A DNA stretch of 64,000 nt from NCBI GenBank assembly GCA_043228905.1, contig JBHGNT010000002.1, positions 22,444,001 to 22,508,000 on the forward strand, given 5' to 3'. The DNA is from Azolla caroliniana (taxonomy: Eukaryota; Plantae; Polypodiophyta). The translations under genes were made by a program, and so were the position numbers. This document shows, in pieces, positions 51,301 through 64,000 of this stretch (position 1 is its first letter; every line of letters begins with the position of its first letter). The notes beneath the pieces are model-generated. The model was not told the origin of the DNA, made no database searches, and saw nothing but the letters and a program-made list of their open reading frames with translations.

Positions 51301-51580
51301 GGATCACGTTTCATATTAAATGAATGTTTTTCCATGACACTTCGTAATATATTTCTCCCACTTTGTAGGAATGCCTAAGACAGTCTTGAAGAGAGCAACA
51401 ACTAAATCATCAGAAATCGAGAGTCTAGAAAACACTAAGTTGAATCATTATGAGAAAAAACTCTTTCTGAAAGCATTGCAACTAGCAAGAAGACCGTTTT
51501 CATCTGATCAACAGGACATTGCGGCTGTTGTTAACATTCGTGAAGAGTGGAGAACAATGCAGTCTTTATCTGCACAATGA
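36360..51580 (+). CDS. MSH6: DNA mismatch repair protein MSH6 (MutS-alpha subunit)
   Basis: N-terminal PIP box QRSIASFF and Tudor domain [16 protein letters not shown]. MutS I: [35 protein letters not shown]. Also [11 protein letters not shown], Walker [52 protein letters not shown] and CPKSYG. About 20 exons, starting with 36360-37755 and ending with about 51369-51580. Confidence 0.97.
46479..46696. mobile_element. MULE-like MITE in an MSH6 intron
   Basis: Inverted termini gggtaactctgaaatactc ... gggtatttcagaatttc, about 220 bp. TSD not evident. Confidence 0.55.
47480..48900 (-). mobile_element. Degenerate Ty1/copia fragment (RT, RNaseH, probable 3' LTR) in an MSH6 intron
   Basis: Minus strand gives [10 protein letters not shown]...[14 protein letters not shown]...[18 protein letters not shown], and [17 protein letters not shown]-containing LTR-like region lies at about 47490-47970. 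Confidence 0.8.
48900..50150 (+). mobile_element. Internally deleted Ty1/copia element with tRNA-iMet PBS
   Basis: PBS TGGTATCAGAG at 49060-49070. RT: [63 protein letters not shown]. RNaseH: [25 protein letters not shown]. Confidence 0.88.
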
Positions 51581-52639
51581 TTTGAAGGGAATTTTAAAAT
51601 TCTAGTCATTATTGGGACCCCGACACATAGCTATAGAGGGTATTCAATACTCTTTTCTAGTTTTTGCTTGAGCCAAAACAAATTGCCTCATTATTTGTGT
51701 TGTATGCTATTGGCCAACATGATCTCCTTGTAAATGAAGCCTTGCGAATTAAAATCATTATTTTGTACATTCAGGATGTAAATTATAATGCCAGTAATTA
51801 TTTAATTTGGAGGATCAGATAATGTTTCTGCATCCCATCCAAATCCTATGAATTGCAGTTTCCTTAGATCATGTAATGCTAACTTTTTGGCAATATGTTG
51901 GTTGAGATCACATGATGTGGGTGTGATGCTATTCTCCATCATCATAATGGTGGCATGCATACTGGCAGTGTTGCCATTTCTGATATGATTATCTTGTGTA
52001 AGGTGAACACTTTGTTATGAATAAACTATGATTGCATTGTGCGATGTCATTCTATCCTAGCCAAAGCTGTATATCCTTGAGTGAGTCGATGTTTGATGGC
52101 TTCAGTCATAAAGAAGTGCCCAGTGGTGCATATAAGTGCGACTCCTAGATGCATGTACAAATATACTATTTCAATCTGGTCTCTTGTTGGGATGAAGGCA
52201 TCTAGTCTCTCTAAGAATTGCTAAGAAACCTTGTCTAGAAAAAAAATCATCAAGAGCATTGAAATGTTGTGTAAATGCATAAGATAGGTTCTGTCACTAA
52301 ATAAAGAAAAATTTAGATGGGTAATTTATATGTTGGTTTTGTCCTCATCTCCATGTCAGATGTTTTTGACCTTGTTGATGAAGAGTCCTAAGATGTAGGG
52401 GAGAGTTACATCCTTGCTTCAAATTGATATTGGTCATGTAATGTATATGCATTGGATGTTATAGACATGCAAGAGACATATTATGTCATCGAAGAAAGAA
52501 GATGGCACATGGAATTTTTGGTACATTCCAATATTTGCATGAGGCATTTTTGTTCATAGAAAGCATCTAGATCATTGGGATGTTATAGACATGCACGGGA
52601 CATATTATGCCATGGAAGAAAGAAGAATGTAGATTGGCA

Positions 52640-53500
52640 TACTTCAGGTATTGATTCCATCGCCATCTCTACATGAGTTGTCTATGACCTCCTCATTGAT
52701 GTAGTGTCCTAAGAAGGTAGGTGAGAGTTGTATCTTCACATTGATAGTGCTCATGTCATAGGGAGATATGAGACGCTCCCTTGATATTATATCAAACATC
52801 TCATAGAATCCATCATCCATAGAATTGTTTCTTTTGTACCTTTTCGTGATCCACAAAGCAATGTAATGTAAGCATTTGGAAGGTAGTAGAGAATGGGTGC
52901 GTAAATTTTGTGTGCTTTAGAGGCTCATATCTCTCCAACCTTGGCAGAAGAAAATTTAGGGGAGTATGCGGCCAATCATGTGGTTTGGAAGCTCCCTAGT
53001 TGCAGGGGTTCACCAATTATTGGGAAGATCCTCTATTGGGGCCCTATGAATATTTGATATGGGCTAGTGTACTTCCCACATTGTGAGATCATGTGGAATG
53101 TGTTGTATATAAGGTAAAGGTGTCTCTCAAAGTTCCGAGTTCGGGACAGAAATATCATAATGGAATGAATTTAATTGAGCTTTCCATCTCCCTGCACTAT
53201 TGTATGGTGTAATCTCCCCTAATCATGGCGGTGTACTTTGCTTAGTGCTTCAGGTATACGTGGACTTCCATTGAAAGTCCTACACTTGAGATTGAACTTT
53301 CTCGCGGCGTTGGTACATTTTTGTAAGAGTCGTCCCATCATCTCTCCCATTCTTCTTGGATGGGCCCGAATCACCAATTTGTATCTTTCATTATGTCGTT
53401 TAATTGACCAAGAATCCTCCCTATTCGATGGCCTTATCATTGATGAGTATATGACCTTCTCTTGACTAAGTTGCGTTCCAGCTTCACTACCCCTTTAAAC
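52640..53500 (-). mobile_element. Degenerate LINE RT remnant
   Basis: WRDMSL resembles WRPISL and NVKIQLSPTFLGHYINE resembles GVKQGCPLSPTLFGLYI. Many stops. Confidence 0.45.
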
Positions 53501-54675
53501 TTCCTCCCATTTCTTTTCCACTTTTCAAGAAGGCTTTCTTGTACACTTAGTTGTATCTACTAAATTAATGCTACACAGAAAGTTCTCTCACATACAAACA
53601 TATTATAAAGAATATGGTTACTCCTATTTTTGTTGATTTGCTAGTTTATATGGATCTTTCTCTTCCTCAAACATGACATAGAGAACATTCTATCGATACC
53701 ACGAGGTTCTATTAATTAAATGAATCTCAAGCTCAAAGCAGCAACAAAAGTTTAATCATGAGCTTAAAAAATTTAGGAATACATTAAGAGAAAGCCATCA
53801 AGTTATTAACATGACGCCAAGGTTTATCATATCCATTGCGCATTGATTTACCTACTTATCTTTGAAGTATTGAGCTTGGGTGGTTTACATCCTACCACAA
53901 AATCACAATGTCGAGAGAACCCAAGTTAAACCCTCAAATGTTCTCCACCTTCCACAAGTCATTTTTAGTATCTTGTTGATGTTATATGAGGAAAGCTTAT
54001 GAAGGTCTTGTAGTCAACTATTATGTCACATTGTTGATGTCTTTAGATGCAAAATATACTCCTTCGGTGCCTTGATTCAAGATTCAATCGTAATGGGGGT
54101 AATGTTTGGATGGAAGAAGCAAGGTAATGTTTAAGCCATTTTATTGTTAGGAGTGAATGCTTATTCTCAAAAGATGGTGTTCATAAATATTGTAAGAAGC
54201 TTGTACAAAATTTAGCATTCTGGTGTTACCAATAGCAGTTTTACACAGCTATTCGCATGCATACAGAACAGTAAATATGATATTCAAGCATTAATCTTTT
54301 ATCTGCTTCCCACCATTTTTACATGAAATGAAAGAACCTCAGTAACACCATAAGATAATTTGGCATACTTTTTTCTTTTGGTAATCTGAGGGTCTCCTAC
54401 AATGACTAGCCCTTCAACTACCCTGGGAACGTATTTGGTATGTTCATTATACATAACAGCGATTTATCCGCAATACTTAACTTCCATCCACAAATGTTAT
54501 ATGGGTGTCATCCCTCTCAAACTCCCACTTATAGAAATAAGAGAATTCTAATGACAATATGATTGAAACAAGCCCCCATATACAAATACAATACACGTGA
54601 GCTTTACAATGAATTTTGCACAATCTATATGTCCATGAATGGTAACAAGCAAAGTTGGCATGCTCATAAAGTTAC

Positions 54676-57224
54676 TTATGAAGGAGGTGATGATTCATCA
54701 AAAGTGTATACAGGGATCTCCCATGCCTTTAACTTTTTCTTTTTGTCATCGGTCAAGCTCAGGTCCCAAGGAAATTCTTTAAATGTCTTCACATAGTTTT
54801 TGGCACCAAAAAGAACAAGACGTTCCACCATGAACAACTGATAGTTGTTTTGCACTACAGGTTCTAAAATACTCTGAAAATGTGAGATGAATACCACTTT
54901 GTACCTGACAGAGAGAAACGACAATTATTCATTATTTACCATTAGCACAAAATGAGGAATAATGGTTTGTAATAGAAGTTGAGAGAATCTATTTTCACAC
55001 TCACTTGGATCCAAGAGCATCAAAAAAACCTTGTTTTCTTTCATTGGAAGCAATAAAAAGAGTTCGGCCCTCAGGGATCCAGTTAGCCACCCGCTGCATT
55101 ATGGCATTTGCTTGTGTATCACGATCCAAGTGAGGAAACACTGTTCTCTTTACACCAAACCGATCTTTTCTTAATTTCAATACATCCCCCCTCCTTACGT
55201 GAATGGCATCATAATCCCCTAGCATCTCAATAATCTGGTTGATATTCAAAGAATTAGATGTTTATATCCATATATTTTTTACATAGACCAAGACATGAAA
55301 TGTAATCAACAAGGGTTAGTTGGATTAATCAATGTGAATGTATTGAAATGCTTCTTCAGAGAATAGTCCAATCATCAGCATTCCTTCTACAAGTTTCAAG
55401 CCATTTCCCAAATGGACGAGAACCATCAAATGCTATGACAATTTTTATAGCATTTGGGTTTTAATAAGCCAATACGATGAATATATTCTTCATAACATAC
55501 AAAGAATCTATCGCTAGTGCTCAGAATTCGGATTGTTTACTTGTTCACTAGTTTTCTAATCCACGGTTTGATTCTCTATAGCAACTACAAACTATGTTCA
55601 AATACGTAAGAATCTTGTCAGCTTTACTTGCTTCTCATATAGGGATTCTTATGTGTGATGTCACACCTATGTTATCATATTGCAAATGAAAAGCCTTCCT
55701 TTTGTTACCTTCTCAGCAGCCAGCCTCAAGGGTTTAGATGCCATTGTAGGCAGAAAGGAATATGGAAGAAGTACAGCTGAATGATTCCTCCTATCATTAC
55801 ATTCCATAAACCTGTAAAGCCATAACAAAATAACCTAAAAACAATCAACAAATTCAGTTATTTTTTCCTTTGAACTGAATAATGCATAGTGATAAGAATC
55901 ATATGCGAAAATCTTTTGAAACAAGGCATTGTTACTGGAAACATGTGATGAAAACTTTTGATTTGAAGCAGTCATAGTTATTATAATCATATCTTAAGGC
56001 CAAGGTTATGACTAACCAAGCCAGTGGGTTAGCTGTCCTATTGATTACAGCAGCTCTTTTGTAGTGGGAATTCTTCATCAGCTCTAATCGACTCACGTTT
56101 TTCACATTTCTGTATGAGTTTGAATGATGAGCACTGGATACTGCTCTTTTCCACACAATAGAATCATCCAGAATCACGCTAATCGTTTGCGATATCATGC
56201 CCAAATCATACAACGATTCCATTGAGCAGGCTGTGATTCCCCATCTGTATGTTGGAATCCAAACAAGTTTAACCAATTTCTTGTTGCAGAAGTTTTAAAA
56301 GAAGCCACTTCAATAGGGTACCATACCCCTCAAACTTTCCAGACTTATGAAGCAAGCCTTTGTCATTATGTTGTTGGTTGAGACACATCTGAGATGGCAT
56401 TACAAAGGTCCTGTTTGTGATTGAATAAATGTATGAGTATCTTGCTTGTGTATTATAGTCCGTGTAAAAATATAATACAAAAATGAAAGAGGAATAAACC
56501 ATAGTGTGCAAACAGAGCATGTCCAGAAAATCTACTTAAAAAACATGCATAATATGAAAGGTAAAGAATACAAGAAAAAGAAAATAGAAACAGAAATGGC
56601 TTCCAAAGGCCACAATTTCCACAAGGGCACACGTTTATACAGTCAAACTATAGACCACAATGTCCAAAAAGATAACAAAAAAATTCAAAAAGAGATAAAA
56701 AGAAAAAACTAAACTAAACTAAACGGATAAGAACAGAAGTAGACAACAAGAAAGAAAACAAAAAGATAAGAAATTGGAGAAACATCTGAAGAATAGAAAC
56801 AGGAATACCTTCCGAGGACCATAGCTTCTTCAAGAGCACATCTGAGGCTGGATTCCTGATGGCCTAATCCAGCACAGGATTCACAATGCTTTCCGGGACA
56901 ATCAATGTGATCTCCCCAATATAGATATTTCGGTTCATGGTCCTTCTCCAGGCCTGTGGAGGAGTACGAAAGCAACACAAAGAGGAACCCTAGGGAGAGG
57001 AGGGTCATCAGTCCCATAAGCTTCACTGGCATCTGCGTCAAGTCCGAGAGCCATTGTAGCTTCTTCATTCTCTCTCCCTTTGCAACCAAAATCTGTCTGT
57101 TGCCTTTTGGTGGGGAGCTTCTTGGTGCTTTGGCTCTTTCTTCTTCTTCTTCTTCTTCTTCTTCTTCTTCTTCTTCTTCTTCTGCTTTCTTTCTTTCTTT
57201 CTTTCTTCTTAACAACAACAGCAT
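54676..57224 (-). CDS. At3g56750/At2g41150-like type II membrane protein (SUB1-related family, putative O-fucosyltransferase-like fold)
   Basis: A TM segment is followed by KYLYWGDHIDCPGKHCESCAGLGHQESSLRCALEEAM, TFVMPSQMC, CSMESLYDL, DYDAIHVRRGD, PHLDRDT, GRTLFIASNE, NNYQLFMVERL and SLTDD. About 6 exons, stop at 54676. The start is uncertain (ATG 57224 with poly-Glu, or ATG 57068). Confidence 0.85.
57137..57182. repeat. (TTC)n microsatellite, about 14 units
   Basis: Read directly. Encodes poly-Glu if the upstream ATG at 57224 is used. Confidence 0.95.
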
Positions 57225-57742
57225 ATAAAATATTTGTTATAAATCTTTATATGATACATACATACATACATACATGATATGTATAACACTTCATGAATCC
57301 TGATTAAGGGTATTCCCCAAAATACCCCTCTCCATTTTCACCAAATTCCCAAACATACCCCCTCCATCTCCCAACATTTGTTAGTGGGGTGACCATGAGT
57401 CATGATCACCACAAAGTGGAGTGGCCCATGCCCACCAATCTATTCTAAAAAAATAGGGGCAACAAGAATCGCCCAAAGCAGACCATAGGATATGACCATA
57501 TTATACCCCGAGGCATATGAAGCCTTGCTCGCCTAGTGGTATTGATTTCCCATTATCTCCATGAATGGTAGGTACTATATTAAAATTTTGCTCTGTTACC
57601 ACGCCAAGTTTGTTGCTACGTTTTTATTCCTCCCCTTCTCGCCACACCTCTGACTTAAGAGGCTCTCTCTTAGAGAGACAATGCCACCAGGCATACTTTC
57701 AAGAGCCACGGACGGACTAAGGGATGGCTCTTCGACTCATTA

Positions 57743-58398
57743 GTGACCCCTTCACTCATGTATGCATCAGTAGTATGGGCTCCAAGTCTATCTTCCTTCA
57801 TGTGGACGCAATTAGAGAGACCTTTGGTGATGATGTTATCACATCAACTCCGAAGCAAATCGACAATATTGCATGACATTATTAAAATAGAGTTTAGTCT
57901 GCCCCCAATGTTAGTAGAAGCACTCTTCCAATTGGTAGTTTTTATTCATAAGATACATAGCCAACCACAAGATAGGATATCCCATCAAGCTTTTGAGGCA
58001 TCCCAATCCCTATATGAGTCCAAAGAGAGTAGCTCTTGGTATAGCATTGGAGTGCTTTGGTTACTTGCAAATGGCATAGACATTAATAACCTACCTCCCC
58101 TTAAGTACAACCATGGGACTGATCGAACTTTAATCTCTCATGAGGACCGTAATAAAGTAATACGCCAAGAAATATGGCAAATTTATACACAATATAAATG
58201 GATCACCCCACGAGAGCCACTCCCATTTAAAATGTTGTACTATAAGGAACACTTCATGCACTTCTCTACGCTAGGTTTTATTACACGACCAAAATATCTA
58301 GATACATTCTTGACAAATGCACTAAGGGTACCCATTGGACAACTTAGGATATCATCTCACCAACTTGAGATTGAGAATGGTTGTACTAATGAAATCCC
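57743..58398 (+). mobile_element. LINE ORF2 C-terminal fragment
   Basis: PSLMYASVVWAP ... KYL ... IGQLRISSHQLEIENG, the post-RT LR.SSH.L.IE.G signature of RTE/L2-like LINE ORF2. Confidence 0.75.
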
Positions 58399-59868
58399 AT
58401 CTATAAATTACACAAGATGCACTTGCCATTGTGTTGATTTGTTGTTGGAGGATATTGCCAAATGCACTTGGATTGATGCCATTTTGCAATCAGTTATGAA
58501 GATTAGTGGTTTCATAATTAGAAAACAATATGCTTTGGCCATGTTTCGCAAGTTTAGTGGGAAAGACTTGCTTAAACCTTCTACGACTAGGTTTTCTTAT
58601 AGTTTTATTGTGTTATCAAATTTGTTGGATGATAAAGTATATGGTGGTTAGTGAACAATGGTGCAGTTGGAATGGTGCTAAAACAAAGAAAGCAGAGGAG
58701 ATTGTTTCAATTGTATTGGATGCTAACTTTTGGGCAGATGTAAAGATGATTGTGACGGCGTGCAAACCAATTTTAAAGCTTCTTCATTTGACTGATAGGG
58801 AAGGTGCTACAATGGGATTTATTTATCAATTTAAACAACAAATGTTGATGGATATAAACAATATGACAAAAATTGATCCTATCAAGCTTGATGAGATAAA
58901 AGAGTGTTGCATACATAGACTAACAATGTTGGAATCTCCATTGCATGCAACGGGATATGTCTTGCATCCATTATGGGCAACAAATGGTCAAGAAATAGAT
59001 CGTCATCTACAAATGGGCTGGATGAAAACAATCATGCTTTATGTTAGTGGTAATATAGTTTTACAAAAGGCTTTGTTAGATGAGTTTTATGCATATAGAA
59101 AACAAGAATCAGATTTGTTTCAAGTTCCATTTGCAAAGGATGCTAATAGATTAAGCACACCAATCAAATGGTGGGAAACATTTGGAGCAAGCACTCCCAA
59201 TTTGATGAAACTTGCAATTAGAGTGTTATCTCAAGGTACAAGTGCATCGTCTTGTGAAAGGAATTGGAGTACATTTTCATTAATACATACTAAAAGGAGA
59301 AATAGATTGCGTCCAAATCGTGTGCAGAAATTGGTTTTCTTATGCACAAATCTTCGTATTCTTAAGGAGATTAAAGAAAGAGGTTTCAATCCTATTGAGT
59401 TTACTATTGACATGGTTGAGAAAGAAAATGATGAAGAACGATTATTGGTGTTGCAAAGTGAACAAGAAGCACAAGAAGTTGATGAAAATGAGAGCTTCAC
59501 CAATGTGATGGCTTATTTTGATGATAATGCACAAGATGAGGATGATGATTTTGAAGATGATGATATCACCTTGACTGAAGATTAGGAATGTTCCTTTTGA
59601 TGTAACACCTCATTGGGAATTGTTTTTAAGATTAGGCATTTTGGATATTTGTTACTAGAATTTACGAAAAAAGCATATTGTTATTAAGAAGGTATGTGTT
59701 TTTTGCAATTTTCTTAATTTTTTTTACCTTGAAAAAATATTTATCTTATAATAAATAATTTATCCAAAAGTATGGTATTTACCATTCTTTGATGGTGTTT
59801 ACCATTCTCGAATGATTGAAACGTTCTCGGGCACGAATGCACATATGGTATGTATAGTTCATACTATG
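58399..59868 (+). mobile_element. 5'-truncated hAT transposon (DUF659 end, dimerisation domain, intact 3' TIR)
   Basis: CTCHCVDLLLEDI, TTRF, LHATGYVLHP, PIKWWETFG..TPNLMKLAIRVLSQ..SASSCERNWSTFSLIHTKRRNRL. Frameshift at about 58640. The terminus TTCATACTATG ends at 59868. Confidence 0.92.
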
Positions 59869-60295
59869 ATTGTAATTTGAAACTAATCCAATTTTTCAGG
59901 AACAAGGGGAGACGATGAATGTGGACACACCTACACCACTCGGCCTCTCTCTCGAGGAAGCAAAAATGCAAATAACAACCAAACGCCCTCGGATGTCGGG
60001 CTTCAAAGCAACTCGACGTGGAGTAGAAACAATTAAGAAGATAAGGGAACATGAGCCACACAGCCTAGCAGCTATGGTTGCGGTATCTTTTACATTGGGA
60101 GCACGGGCCACCTCCACATCGAAACCCTTTGACCTCTCGCTCCTTTTTTCGAGACTTGGATAGAAATGAAACTAGGCCTAGTATAAAGTCATTTCCTTAT
60201 AGAACATGTTTTTTTTGCTATAACTCTTTAGCTTATGTTCAATTTTATTTTATTTTAATTTTTACTTTCGATGAATGGGTAAATACCTCATTTTT

Positions 60296-60360
60296 ATTGT
60301 AAACCAATTGTCTCATGGGCCAATTTTTGTCTTAGAAGACGTTAATATATCTTTCTTTCT
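60296..60360 (-). repeat. Dispersed repeat, inverted copy of 32005-32070
   Basis: The reverse complement gatatattaacgtcttctaagacaaaaattggcccatgagacaattggtttacaat matches gtatattaacatcttctaagagcagatttggcccacacgacaattgattatagtaat. Confidence 0.75.
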
Positions 60361-61204
60361 TTTTCTCTGCCTCTCCTATCCTAACTTGATGGTGGTGGCT
60401 GATAATGGTCGACAACATGCAACATTGGTGATTGCCAGTTTTGCCTTCATTCCTAGGTTTAGAACACGGAGTGTTGAACCATAATAGATTCTTAACTTTT
60501 AAATCGAGCAAAATTATTTTGACGAACATGCTACCAAGAGGCTTGTCTCCTTGGTTTACTTTAGAGTACATTTCAACTTTTTTCCGCATTATAACATGTT
60601 ACCTCTACGTAACTGTTGGCCATTCGAAGGGCTTTGGAATCGGATTTGCTTTTCATAAGCAAAAACACACGCATACACAACGTGCTTTGTTGTCTAATTC
60701 CTTGTTGACTCATTCTTCCCCGATTCTCTAAGTGTCTAACTAATTATTTGTTACATGATCATGATGATTGGTCAAGTGTTATTGTTAAGACATTAATGAA
60801 CTAAATGAGCTCATAATGGCATAGCCTTCAAGCGCTCTCTTGTTGGATAAAATGAGCGGTGCCTCGTTTGGTGTGCACCAAAGTTGTGGACACTTTGAGA
60901 TGACACATTATTATGCAACTCTTTATGTTGAGCATTATAAGTAAAACCAAGGTGTACCATTTTTCTTCCTAACTAGAGTTGGTCATCGTCTTGGCCCCTC
61001 AAAACTAGCCATGTATACACCACCTTGCCTTTACAAAGTCGTAATGTTAGGCATCAATGGCACAAGAGAGTGGGAAAAATAAGTGAACCCCATCAAATAG
61101 GCGATGTACTCTAGTCCAGGTACATTCTATCTGGTGTACATTGTTAGGCAATTTCAAGATAAAAGAGACGGGGGGAAATGCTCTTCATGTTGATCACAAA
61201 TTTT

Positions 61205-61472
61205 CGAACAGCAAAACACAAAATACACAAAAATGCAAAGTACAAAATACACAAATACAAAGTATTACAAAATACAAAAAATAAAAAATATTACAAAATA
61301 CAAAAATACTAAGTATTACAAAATGCAATACACAAAATACACACACACTACGAAATCCAAAATACAAAAAATATACAAAATAATAAATAAATAAATAAAT
61401 AAATAAATATATATATATATATAGAAGTATACAAAATACAAGGCACAAACAATACAAAAGAAGTATACAAAA
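61205..61472. repeat. A-rich minisatellite built from (ACAAAAT)-like units
   Basis: Many copies of caaaata/acaaaatac, with (TAAA)n and (TA)n. Confidence 0.8.
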
Positions 61473-64000
61473 TGAAGGAAGGGTGTGGGTGTATGTATGT
61501 ATGTAATGAGTAGACTGAAGAAGAAGAAGAAGAAGAAGAAGAAGGCTTTATTTATATAATTATGTAATAAAATGGAGGTGAAGAAGAGATATGATATGTT
61601 TTATATCCCACATAGAGAGGTCGGGGGGAAGGAGGGGTATAAAATGCAGGGAGAGTGGTAGCAGGAAAACTTGCCTTAAACTAATGAGTAAGGAAAACAA
61701 AGCGCCCGGGCGACACCGGGCGCAGCAGAGAATGATGATTCTGCGTGTTCTGCACGCACTCTCATCTTCCCCCCTGTATTTTTGGAGGGGTCAAGAGGCT
61801 GGCTCTGTGCGCTGACGCTGCTTACTTCTGCAGAACTCGCCTTAGCGGGCCTCCCCACAATCAAATCCAAATCAAAATCAAATTCAAATCAATCGGTCAT
61901 AATCTATATGATAATAATAATAACAGAGATTAGTAGTAGTAGAAATGCTACATCCTTGATTTGTATGTAATTCTTCTTTATACATACATATAGACCTTCA
62001 TTCCATTCAAGTCTCCTCCGTCTGTGTTTTGTTTTTTGTTTTCAGTGAGGTTTTCTTCCTTGATCTGCAGAATAGTTTGTTTGTTTGCATTTTTATTTTT
62101 TTTTGTTCACAGATCTGCTTGAATTTTTCCTGCAGATTCCACTTTTGTCATAAAACACATACCGTATATATATACACATATAGTATCTATCTGTATGTAT
62201 GTATGTATATAGATATAGATAGATAGATAGATATAAGAAGATCATATGAATAATGATATACCATGTAGGGTGTGTTGATCTACTCGACTCAGGAATTATG
62301 TATGTACATATGTTTGTATGTATGTTATCCCTGCCACATACATATATATATTATATGTAAGAATATCATACATATTATGTATATATTTTTAATCACTCTC
62401 CCAATATCTTTCTTTCTATAACCATGATGGAATTATTCAGCTTTAACACGCTCTTGGCAACAGTTTTGATGGAAATTTATGAACTGAATACTATTTTTAT
62501 ACTCGTTACAATTTATATGCATCGAATTGGCTATGGTTTTGTATACGACCTGTTCTCGAGTTTTGCTTCCCTCCATGTCATGTCAGACTTCGATCTTCAC
62601 AGCAGTCTCTTGATATTTTAATTTCGACTGACTGAATCACTTGAAATGTGTGTATTTCAATGCTCTGATTGTTTGCTTACTCGGTGACAACAGACTATTG
62701 GTTGTTTGTAACCAACCACACACTCTATCGGGTATGCGATGCAGTCCGAATAAATCTTGTTGTGGATTTGATTATGTTTTTGGTCGACAACAAATCTTTA
62801 TGCTTTTTTAGAACTTGAATCCTTTTCCACTGCAATCAATAATCATGAGATTATTGAAGAAGTCATACTTTCATAGGGTTTTTCTAAGCTATAATGCAAT
62901 CGACAAGATTGAACTAAAGAGGAAGATGCATGAGATAAAAGAGAACAGGTTTTTGTCGTAACTTGTGTGTTCGTAATGCATACAGATACTTCTCCTTTTC
63001 TCGGGTCAGATTCACATATATACAAAATTAAAAATGCTAGTGTGATCTCGCAACAAAAAACAGATATGGCAAATATAACAGAATATGTGGGAGAAGCATG
63101 AATGTTTTTGGTCGTGCAAATACACATTGATGCAGGAGACATTAGCGGTTCCACTAACCTCAACCTCATTTCGTCTTATTCATGATGAAAGTTCACAATT
63201 AGGAATTATTCTGTTATTCAGGTGGACCAAAAACATACTCCGAAAAACGGCTGTCATGCTCACCCCACTAAGTGAGCCCTAATGTTAAGCCCTACACTAC
63301 TAAACTGAGATGCTATACATACTACGATGGGATCAATTTCAGGTGGAAATCAAAAACCAAATGATCTACAACGTAATATGAAATCAGATTCAACATTGGA
63401 GATACACTTTTAAAATGGGATTGCAAAAAGTGTGCGCCAGTATAATTCTGAACAAAAAGAAAATGTTTCCTAGAAATGATTTGAGTATGAATGATGCTTG
63501 ACATAAGATTGATGACAACCCAACCCCCTGAGATGTAGTTAGAGATGCTTTATGGCAATGCTATCTCAGTCATGATCCACCAATTTTCAATTTGCATATT
63601 AAAACTCCATAACTAACTATAGCCTGATTTTCAAATCCTATTTGGGCCTTACTATTAAACATTTTTAACTGAGTCCTAATAGAAGCCATTTTACTGCTGC
63701 AAATTCACTTAAGTGTTACACATAGGCGTGACTTGAATTCAAATACGATTAAACAGTAGCAATTACCCCAGACGAGTGACACAGCAAAACGTTTGATAAG
63801 TTAATGAGAAAACACAACCATATTATCGATTGCAAGATTGTAGAGACATTAGAAATCCCGATGTGCCCAATATCACAGGTAAAAAAATTAGCCTCAATTT
63901 GGCAGAGTTAACGAAAAACACCTGTCTGTCTCTCTATGTATGTACATATAGGACAATTAAACCACTCCAGATGTTGTGAATTTACAAATCTTCAGCAAAG

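Noticed and set aside
872-51580. Functional cluster of silencing and genome-maintenance genes (AGO, KH-RRM, JMJ fragment, MSH6)
   Set aside because: They are interspersed with unrelated genes (PAO, membrane proteins) and two members are disabled. Nothing in the sequence supports co-regulation without synteny data.
61960-61992. miRNA-like hairpin (tgtatgta...tacataca)
   Set aside because: It is only a short microsatellite-derived stem. No conserved plant miRNA sequence was recognised in the window.

Overview
Eukaryotic, intron-rich, AT-rich land-plant nuclear DNA. The gene and transposon content suggests a non-seed plant such as a fern, but that is an inference. Intact-looking genes: the first coding exon of an AGO4-clade Argonaute (minus strand, runs off the left edge), a KPPRPPR/C-terminal-TM membrane protein, pheophorbide a oxygenase (PAO, 7 exons, minus), MSH6 (about 20 exons, plus, with one GC-AG intron and an E2F site) and an At3g56750/At2g41150-like protein (minus). 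Two decayed genes are present: a large gene with an unusual architecture (DLN/EAR-like start, two RIK/KHDC4-like KH domains, four tandem divergent RRM-like repeats) and a KDM3/JMJ-type zf-4CXXC_R1 fragment. Transposon debris is abundant: copia, gypsy and LINE remnants, MULE-like MITEs, and a hAT transposase fragment whose terminus matches a 277-bp non-autonomous hAT element with a perfect 8-bp TSD about 55 kb away. The most novel-looking item is the KH-KH-4xRRM gene at 15.8-22.6 kb. No tRNA, rRNA or CRISPR features were recognised. All calls come from reading the sequence and recalling protein families, and no database searches were run.
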